From contig NZ_JBNHER010000060.1 in the NCBI RefSeq assembly GCF_050015975.1, positions 1 through 36,749 of the forward strand: a stretch of 36,749 nt of DNA, read 5' to 3'. This DNA comes from Dapis sp. BLCC M126. Lineage in GTDB: Bacteria; Cyanobacteriota; Cyanobacteriia; Cyanobacteriales; Microcoleaceae. The notes beneath the pieces were generated by a model. The model was not told the DNA's origin. It searched no databases and worked only from the letters and a program-made list of their open reading frames with translations. This document shows positions 1-6,802 of this stretch, in pieces. Both the position numbers and the translations under genes were made by a program. Each line of letters begins with the position of its first letter. Positions within the stretch are counted from its first letter, which is position 1.

Positions 1-74
1 CTCCCCTTTTAAGGGGAAAAAAAGTGCTAGGATATTTCCTTATCTTCAATTCCCGAACGGTTTTAACCAGAGGT

Positions 75-109
75 AATTATCAATTATCCATTATCAATTA
101 TCAATTAAT
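75..109. repeat. STRR-like tandem heptamer array (AATTATC x5)
   Basis: Direct reading gives aattatc/aattatc/cattatc/aattatc/aattaat. Confidence 0.8.
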
Positions 110-685
110 GAAAAACACTCTCTCAGGAGGATATTTTAGAGACAGTTATACATAACAGCAGATTCAATCTAAATGATTTATAATAGTGGTGGGCTAAACT
201 AAAAATGTACAGCTAATTTTTAGAGAATATTAAACTGGGAATTAATCAAAAAAGTTGAGATAAATATCATCTTTCAAACATGACTTGTACTTAGTTAAAG
301 TCTGATAAAACTAATACCACTTTTAAAAAAGAATGCTACAAAAAAGTACCTCTTGTCGGATATGCTGAAGAATAGCTGCTCCAATATATTTTAGATGGCT
401 ATATCTATCATTTCCCCCTTTTTTTTCAATATTTACTCCTTCTCTCCAAGATAACTCAAGCTTTCTTCCTTTTCACCTGGGGACGTTGTATGCAACGTCT
501 CTACCTTATGTGACAAACATTTATCACGCTTGTTATAAGATAGCAAAAAAATATTTAGATAATTGATCAGACAGGGTAAAACTTTGAATTAACAAAAAAG
601 AGGCTGAGAAAAATATTATCTTTCCACCTGATTTTTAATTTATTTCTTCTGCCATTTTACCTCTTCCTTCTTACTTATAAAAAAT

Positions 686-1465
686 ATGTTACCAAAAGAA
701 GAACTACTTAAAGGAATCGAAAATCGGGAAACAATTACCCGAATAATAGACTTAGCTGAACAAGCTATTAAAACTTGGGAAATTACTCAGAGTGATTTTT
801 TATCACCGCCGGAAATATTTGAGTCAGAAAGAATTTTTCAGAAGTTAACTGAAGTAGAAATAGTTTCATGGGGTGGGTATCCTCAAGCTGAACGCAAAAG
901 ATTAGCGATCGCTCGTTCAGAATTACCTATCGATCCTTCGAGTGTGGAATTAAAAGCTATTAATATTGAGGGAAATTTTTTGTTTGATACTGCTACTCAC
1001 CGAGACTTTCTTGGTTCAATGTTAGGTACTGGAATTGTCAGAGAAAAAACAGGGGATATTATTGTTTTGGGAGAACGAGGTGCCCAGGCAATTGTTGTTC
1101 CTGAACTGGTGGAATATTTAATAATGAATCTCCAACAAGTTCGGTCTGTTCCTGTTAAAGTTAAACCTCTAGAATTTAGTGAATTAAGAATAAGAGAACC
1201 GAAAAAGAAAGAGTTAACAACTGTGGAAGCTTCAATGAGATTAGATGCTGTTGCTTCGGCAGGTTTTGGAATGTCTCGCAGTAAAATGGTTGACTTAATT
1301 GATGGGGGAGATGTAAGGGTTAATTGGAAAGAAATTAGTCAGGCAAGTTATCAAGTTAAGTCTGGAGATTTAATTGCAATTAGAAGTAAAGGGAGGTTAG
1401 AAGTAGGGGATGTTGCTATTACGAAAAAAGAACGTTATCGGGTGAATTTGACACGATATGTTTAG
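686..1465 (+). CDS. S4 RNA-binding domain protein (YlmH-like; cyanobacterial PSII-associated S4 domain family)
   Basis: 259-aa ORF. The C-terminal S4-type segment is RLDAVASAGFGMSRSKMVDLIDGGDVRVNWKEI...GDLIAIRSKGRLEV. HIP1 sites lie in frame. Confidence 0.8.
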   Translation: MLPKEELLKGIENRETITRIIDLAEQAIKTWEITQSDFLSPPEIFESERIFQKLTEVEIVSWGGYPQAERKRLAIARSELPIDPSSVELKAINIEGNFLFDTATHRDFLGSMLGTGIVREKTGDIIVLGERGAQAIVVPELVEYLIMNLQQVRSVPVKVKPLEFSELRIREPKKKELTTVEASMRLDAVASAGFGMSRSKMVDLIDGGDVRVNWKEISQASYQVKSGDLIAIRSKGRLEVGDVAITKKERYRVNLTRYV

Positions 1466-1540
1466 ATTGGAGAAGGAGTCAGGAGACAGCAGTCAGAAGT
1501 CAGAATAGAAGAAGCTAGGAAAACATAAAATATTGCAGAT

Positions 1541-1688
1541 GTAGGGGGTGGGCTCAGTGTTAAATTAATGGGAGTATCATAAAACCAGGTAAACACCCTC
1601 CCAGTTGAACCCAACCTTGTATTTAGGGTTCGGGTTTATAAGACTTTATTGTTTTGAAATAAATGCTTTTGGTTTAACCCGCCCCTAC
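1541..1688. repeat. Inverted-repeat-bounded ~148-bp element (possible MITE)
   Basis: The ends GTAGGGGGTGGGC... and ...AACCCGCCCCTAC are approximate reverse complements. The element is intergenic. Confidence 0.4.
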
Positions 1689-2062
1689 TTTATTTAACCA
1701 CATCTTCATCAAGTATTTCAATTGGAAAATTTAACTTCTGTAGAGTTAAGCTGACTTTATCTATTCGTATTTAATCGATTATTTTTACTCCCATTCCAGA
1801 TATTCTTTAGGAGTCATTAGTTGACTTTTAGCTTGAGCAACCATTGGATATAGCTCCTATTAAATTAGCTACTGGACTGATGAGTTATCTAAAGATTATA
1901 ATATAAGTAATACCATTTCCAGTTGATTGAAGAGTTATTGAATTATTTTCGCTCCTAGTATTGCTATAGCTCTATTTTCTTTAGGCTAGAGCAATACTAC
2001 AAACAGAAACTTTTTTATGACTTAATTATCCGGAAACCTAAGTAAATGTTAGAGGTAAAAAT

Positions 2063-3388
2063 ATGTCACGATTATATAATCGAGCCTACAAAATATTAGA
2101 GGTAGAAGTTGACAAATGTGCCAAAGAAGATTTGGTTGGGGAAGTGGGAAAAAATATAGTAATGAAAAGATTGGATAAGTTAACTTTCCAATCAGGAGAA
2201 CCCCTAAAAGAAGAAGAGTTAAGTTATTTAGTAAAAGACCAATTTCCCAATTTTAGCGAGACAGTTATTCAGAAAGCAGCTAAAGCAAATAAACCACCAG
2301 GAATTTTGAGTAAAATTGCTTGGATACCTGCTGCATTAGTGGGAATGGCAGGAATAGTTTGGGTGGCAAATTTACCCTATCCAATGATTCGTAAACCTGT
2401 GTCTAGAGTAGTACCAATAATTTTGATTCCTAGTTATATAAATATGGATTATAACTATCGGGAGGCGATCGCTAATGTTGAACAAGCGGATCAATTAATT
2501 AATAAAGCAACTTCTAGTGCAGATATTAATTTTGGTGCTGAGAAAGTTGTTTTAGCACAAAAACATCTTGATGAATTGCCTGTTTGGTTTTTAGGTTATT
2601 ATCCTCAAAGATACTGTACTTTTTTCAGTTGTTCTTGGAAATTTACACTGGATGAATTTGAAACAGCGAGAAAACAGGTAGGGCGAATGGAGGCGAAGGT
2701 ATTTCAAGAAAAAAATGCTCAAACATTATTAACGGAGGCGGAACAAAAAATTGCCACAGCTAAACAACAATATCTGGAAGCTGAAACCTCAACAGAAAAA
2801 AATGAGGCGATCGCTAACTGGCAAATGGGAATAGATAAGTTAGCACAAATTCCACCTACTACTGTTGCTGCAAAAATGGCAAAACCACAATTAGCAGCAA
2901 CTAAGCGAGATTTTCAAGCAGAGGTGGGTTTAGCTAATGGTAGTAAACGTAGTGATGTGATAATTGAAGCAGCTAGACAATTTGTTTTGCAAGCAGGCAA
3001 AATTTCTGAAGATGAACCTTATCCAGAACAGAAATTGCAACTAGCGGTGAGTTTATGGGAAAAAGCAATTAGTCAATTACAGAAAATTTCTGTAGATAAC
3101 CCAAGTTATGTGGCAGCACAAACTAAATTGGCAGAATATCAAGTAAAACTGAGTGAAGCTAAAATGCGTTTACAAGCAGAAAGGGAGTCAGGAAATGCTT
3201 TTAAGCGGGGTAAAGATTTAATTGCAGATTGGCAAAAATATGCTGTTGATAATTCTAATCAAGGTTTACTTGCTAGTAAGTTACAGCAAATTATTAATCA
3301 GTTAGAGAATGTTCAACCAGGAACAACTTATTATGAAGAAGCTCAAGAATTATTGAAATTTGCTAAGAATAAACAGAAAAGTTTGTAA
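2063..3388 (+). CDS. Hypothetical membrane-anchored protein with a long helical/coiled-coil C-terminal region
   Basis: 441-aa ORF. One hydrophobic segment (ILSKIAWIPAALVGMAGIVWVANL) is followed by Q/E/K/A-rich helical sequence. I recognise no family. Confidence 0.65.
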   Translation: MSRLYNRAYKILEVEVDKCAKEDLVGEVGKNIVMKRLDKLTFQSGEPLKEEELSYLVKDQFPNFSETVIQKAAKANKPPGILSKIAWIPAALVGMAGIVWVANLPYPMIRKPVSRVVPIILIPSYINMDYNYREAIANVEQADQLINKATSSADINFGAEKVVLAQKHLDELPVWFLGYYPQRYCTFFSCSWKFTLDEFETARKQVGRMEAKVFQEKNAQTLLTEAEQKIATAKQQYLEAETSTEKNEAIANWQMGIDKLAQIPPTTVAAKMAKPQLAATKRDFQAEVGLANGSKRSDVIIEAARQFVLQAGKISEDEPYPEQKLQLAVSLWEKAISQLQKISVDNPSYVAAQTKLAEYQVKLSEAKMRLQAERESGNAFKRGKDLIADWQKYAVDNSNQGLLASKLQQIINQLENVQPGTTYYEEAQELLKFAKNKQKSL

Positions 3389-3642
3389 GTTGGAATTAGG
3401 GGTGCAAGACAGGGATTTTGCTACAGATGCAGGGATAAACTTTTTATGAGGTAGGGGATATTTGGAAATCGTCTACCTATTTTTTTCATACATAGTTTTT
3501 CTGTTGATAAATTGAGAAAGAATTAAAAGTTACTGGTAAAATAAGTTCCTTTTTTGTGTTATATTATTATGTAATGCTCAAATATAACCATTCCTAGTAA
3601 GGAGCTTTTAGTTTAAGTTTCAATTAACTAACAATAGAATAA

Positions 3643-3855
3643 ATGAGTAACAAAAAACTCCTAGAAAGAATCACTATCAACCCGAACATCTGTCACGGAA
3701 AACCCTGCCTCCGGGGATTGCGTTATCCCGTAGAATTTATACTAGAATTGCTTAGTAGTGGCATGACTATTGAGGAAATTCTTGAAGACTATGATGATTT
3801 AGAAAGAGACGATATCCTTGCTGCTTTACAGTTTGCTACTATTGTACATCAATAA
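3643..3855 (+). CDS. DUF433 domain protein (small antitoxin-like DNA-binding protein)
   Basis: 70-aa ORF carrying the typical DUF433 signature: ITINPNICHGKPCLRGLRYPVEFILELLSSGMTIEEILEDYDDLERDDILAAL. Confidence 0.8.
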   Translation: MSNKKLLERITINPNICHGKPCLRGLRYPVEFILELLSSGMTIEEILEDYDDLERDDILAALQFATIVHQ

Positions 3856-3899
3856 TTTATAATATTCAGTATTTCCTTAAATATACCTATTAAAGTTAA

Positions 3900-5246
3900 A
3901 TGAGTTCATCCCTAGAAGAATCTATTGTTTTAATTAGTAGTAGTAAAAAAGCAAATGTTATTGGAACTGGATTTGCTTTTTATAAGGTAGATAATTATAC
4001 TTATTTACTGACCTGCGCCCATGTTGTTGAGGGTGTGGGTGGTGAGGAAAATTTATTGGTTAATAATATTCCCGCAAAAGTTGTTGCCACAGGAGATGTT
4101 AATGGTTTTGATTTAGCAGTTTTAGGAGTTGAAAAGCTGAGTATCCCACTTTTCCAGCTAATAAGTTTATCCGAAGCAGAAAATCAAAAGTTTCGGATAG
4201 CAGGTCATTATCTCTATGGTGAAAATAAAAATATCATGCTGGAAACTGTTAATGGAAGTTTAGGGAAAAAGCGTTTTGCTCGTCAAAATAATGAAACGGT
4301 GACAGCTTGGAATTTGTTAATTAATGAAGGCGATCGTCTTCGTCAAGGTTATAGTGGGGCACCTGTAGTTGACATGAGCGATCGTGTTTTGGGTGTAGCT
4401 ACCAATATGGAGAAAGATGGAGCGGAAGGGTTAGCTATTTCCGTAGAAGCTTTAAATAAAATTTGGCCTGAAATGCCTCTTGCTATTTCTCAACAGCTTA
4501 AACTTAAAATAGATAAAGTCAACGAAGACATAACAGATGATATAGGCACAGACACAACAGATGATATAGGTACAGACACAATAGATGATATAGGCACAGA
4601 TTCTCTGCCTGTACTTGTTGGTGACTATACTAAATTAGAGATATTGCTTCGTCAGCAAGAGTGGAAAAAAGCGAATGAAGAAACTGATTTTTGGATGTTG
4701 ATAGTTGCAGGGCGAGAGAATGCAGGTTGGCTTAGAATAAAAGATATAGCAAATTTTCCTTGTACAGACCTCCATGCAATTAACCAATTGTGGGTAAAAT
4801 ATAGCGGTGCTAAGTTTGGATTTTCTGTACAAAAGAAAATTTATCAGGATTTGGGTGGAAAAAGAACATACAATAAAGAGACATGGGAAAAGTTTGCAGA
4901 AAAAGTGGGATGGCGTCAAAGGAGGGCTATTGTTTGGAATAAATGGATGAGTTACTCAGAACTAACGTTCAACAAAAGTACGCCTTACATGGGACATCTT
5001 CCTACGATACCTGGCCTGACAAATGGTAAGTCACCTTGGGAGGTGATCAAGGAAGTTACGACCAAGGAGATACCTGGCGGGGAGGTATTGGTTTACAAAG
5101 GAGGTGTAAAGTTTGATGCCCCAACATGGAAGACAATACCACCAAGGACAGAAACAAAAACGGAGACGAGAATAGTACCGTATGGAAAAGCAGCTGGTGT
5201 AGCTGCCATAGCACTGTTCTCACGAGCAGAGACTTGTAGACTATAA
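3900..5246 (+). CDS. Trypsin-like serine protease fused to a GUN4 domain
   Basis: 448-aa ORF. The N-terminal region has a chymotrypsin-fold triad context: TCAHVV (His41), GFDLAVL (Asp71), GYSGAPV (Ser152). An acidic TDDIGTDT x3 linker follows. The GUN4-like region reads LLRQQEWKKANEETDFWML...LRIKDIANFPCTDLHAINQLWVKYSGAKFGFSVQKKIY. The last ~110 aa are unassigned. Confidence 0.8.
   Translation: MSSSLEESIVLISSSKKANVIGTGFAFYKVDNYTYLLTCAHVVEGVGGEENLLVNNIPAKVVATGDVNGFDLAVLGVEKLSIPLFQLISLSEAENQKFRIAGHYLYGENKNIMLETVNGSLGKKRFARQNNETVTAWNLLINEGDRLRQGYSGAPVVDMSDRVLGVATNMEKDGAEGLAISVEALNKIWPEMPLAISQQLKLKIDKVNEDITDDIGTDTTDDIGTDTIDDIGTDSLPVLVGDYTKLEILLRQQEWKKANEETDFWMLIVAGRENAGWLRIKDIANFPCTDLHAINQLWVKYSGAKFGFSVQKKIYQDLGGKRTYNKETWEKFAEKVGWRQRRAIVWNKWMSYSELTFNKSTPYMGHLPTIPGLTNGKSPWEVIKEVTTKEIPGGEVLVYKGGVKFDAPTWKTIPPRTETKTETRIVPYGKAAGVAAIALFSRAETCRL
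4530..4601 (+). repeat. In-frame 24-bp tandem repeat x3 inside the protease-GUN4 gene
   Basis: The unit acagatgatataggcacagacaca occurs three times with 1-2 substitutions. It encodes the TDDIGTDT repeats. Confidence 0.9.
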
Positions 5247-5373
5247 CATATAGGTGTTTAAGCTACTTTTTATTGGCGATCGCTCAGATACCACTGATCA
5301 GCATAACAGCAGCCTTCAGATCAATAATTAGCCATAATCAATCAGCTATCTTTAGTATTTATAACATAGTGCC

Positions 5374-5571
5374 ATGAACCAAATCACTATACAATTATCA
5401 ACAGAACAATACCAATATATTCAAAAAATTGCCAACCAGCAGAAAACCTCACCAGAGAAAATTCTAGAATCAAAAATTACCCAATGGTTAGAAGAATCTC
5501 AAACTGACTTTAATCAAGCAGCTAATTATGTATTAACAAAAAACTCTGAACTCTATAAGCGCTTAGTATGA
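5374..5571 (+). CDS. Putative antitoxin of a Doc-type toxin-antitoxin pair
   Basis: 65-aa ORF directly upstream of the doc remnant. Its C-terminal tail (ANYVLTKNSELYKRLV) is typical of small cyanobacterial antitoxins. Once the MITE is removed, its stop codon overlaps the inferred original doc ATG. Confidence 0.55.
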   Translation: MNQITIQLSTEQYQYIQKIANQQKTSPEKILESKITQWLEESQTDFNQAANYVLTKNSELYKRLV

Positions 5572-5698
5572 TATAAAATCCGGTTGAATAGTTGTCATTG
5601 CGACGATAGGAAGCAATCTCGGCGCACCTATGAGATTGCTTCCTTCCACTCCGTTCCAGTCGCAATGACTTGGGTATAGTAATTATCCGGATTTTATA
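5572..5698. mobile_element. MITE family B, copy 1 (127 bp), with 3-bp TGA target duplication
   Basis: The 12-bp perfect TIR is TATAAAATCCGG / CCGGATTTTATA. Nested internal stems are GTCATTGCGAC/GTCGCAATGAC and GGAAGCAATCTC/GAGATTGCTTCC. TGA flanks the element at 5569-5571 and 5699-5701. A second copy lies at 6533-6658. Confidence 0.8.
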
Positions 5699-6069
5699 TG
5701 ACTCGCTATCAGCAAATCATTACCCAGACAGGAGGAGCTAATAGTATAAGCAATATTTCCGCTTTAGAGTCAGCAGTAGCACAACCAGAAGCAACATTTG
5801 CTGGAGAAGACTTATATCCAACTGTCATTGATAAAGCTGCTGCTCTCGGTTTTTTAATTATTATGAACCATCCTTTTATTGATGGTAATAAACGAACATG
5901 ACACGCAGCAATGGAAGTTTTTTTAATCCTGAATGGACTAGAAATAAATGCTTCTGTGGATGAACAAGAACAAGTGATTTTAGCAGTAGCTTCTGGAGAA
6001 TTGAATCGAGAAGCATTTACCCAATGGCTACAAGTTCATATTCAAACCATCTCTCCAACTGAACTGTAA
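5698..6069 (+). pseudogene. doc: Doc (death-on-curing, Fic-fold) toxin with an in-frame TGA right after the Fic motif
   Basis: The ORF 5698-5901 ends ...HPFIDGNKRT then TGA (5899-5901). The same frame continues to TAA at 6067-6069, reading HAAMEVFLILNGLEINASVDEQEQVILAVASGEL.... The combined length of ~123 codons is typical for Doc. Confidence 0.75.
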
Positions 6070-6195
6070 TATCATGTTCGGTTAAATAGTTTTTATAGTT
6101 AAAGCTCGTAGTAGGGCTTCAGCCCGAACTGTAGATAGGGCTGAAGCCCTACTACAAACAAAAACTTTATTATAAGTGATTATCCGAACATAATA
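6070..6195. mobile_element. MITE family A, copy 1 (126 bp), TAA target duplication
   Basis: The ends are TATCATGTTCGG... and ...CCGAACATAATA. The core hairpin is GTAGTAGGGCTTCAGCCC...GGGCTGAAGCCCTACTAC. TAA flanks it at 6067-6069 (the doc stop codon) and 6196-6198. Confidence 0.8.
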
Positions 6196-6396
6196 TAACT
6201 GAACAAAACTAGGGACGCTACATCCAACGTTCCTAATTTGTTATCTGCTAATCATAAACTTTCCTCTTCATCAATCTAAATTACGATATCTACTAAGAAC
6301 TCTCACAATTTCTATTTCCATCTGAGCTACTTGATATAAAATAATTAACCATCTAAGAATCTGTTTGAGAAGTATTGCATAGAACCGATGAATCCT

Positions 6397-6490
6397 AAAA
6401 ACCTAACCCCCCCTGCCCCCCTTCCCTACAAGGGAATGGGGGTTTCAAAGCCTCTCTCCTCGCAGGAGAAAGGTTTGGAGAGAGGTTTTT
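6397..6490. repeat. Dispersed double-hairpin repeat (AAAAACCT...AGGTTTTT), copy 1
   Basis: It contains the hairpins CCCCCCTTCCCTACAAGGGAATGGGGG and CCTCTCTCCTCGCAGGAGAAAGG...GGAGAGAGG. A related copy lies at 28323-28415. Confidence 0.7.
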
Positions 6491-6532
6491 ATGAGTTTAC
6501 AAACAGCTTCTAAAGGAACACCTCTTAAATTA

Positions 6533-6658
6533 TATAGAATCCGGTTGAAAAGTCGTGATTGCGACGATAGGAAGCAATCTCCTAAACTTCTGAGATTGCT
6601 TCCTTCCACTCCGTTCCAGTCGCAATGACTTGGATATATTAATTATCCGGATTCTATA
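6533..6658. mobile_element. MITE family B, copy 2 (126 bp), TTA target duplication
   Basis: The ends are TATAGAATCCGG / CCGGATTCTATA. The core is near-identical to copy 1. TTA flanks it at 6530-6532 and 6659-6661. Confidence 0.8.
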
Positions 6659-6802
6659 TTAGGCATAATTTCAGCATAACTTCGTCCCATCTGCTGACTA
6701 TAATCATACACAATTCTTAACAGACAATTCTGAATTTATTATGCTACAAGAGAAATTAATGTATTACAAAACCAATTAATTTCTTTAGGAGCATACACAC
6801 TT

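Noticed and set aside
4635-4919. Antisense or alternative-frame ORFs lying inside long well-supported genes. Examples are 4635-4919, 7121-7450, 8315-8509, 8544-8750, 8989-9240, 9554-9745, 12735-12923, 13064-13262, 16379-16564, 16647-16841, 21441-22003, 23367-23645, 25104-25474, 27280-27477, 29715-29978, 31013-31519 and 33495-33737.
   Set aside because: Each is fully embedded in, or opposite to, a gene with strong family-level motifs. Their composition is biased or low-complexity, and none has an RBS or a recognisable motif.
5683-5692. TCCGGA hexamers matching the heterocyst DIF+ promoter motif. They occur in MITE right termini (about 5686-5691, 6646-6651 and 28266-28271), in the left end of the MITE at 14719, and at 2029-2034 upstream of the 2063 gene.
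   Set aside because: In every case the hexamer is simply part of the conserved ATTATCCGGA terminus. I could not find a properly spaced -10 box downstream, for example only a 21-nt spacer at 2029. Promoter donation by MITEs therefore remains pure speculation.
5899-5901. The in-frame TGA in doc as a selenocysteine or programmed readthrough codon.
   Set aside because: I noticed no SECIS-like hairpin immediately downstream. Doc/Fic proteins have no known selenocysteine at this position. The neighbouring MITE insertions favour simple decay.
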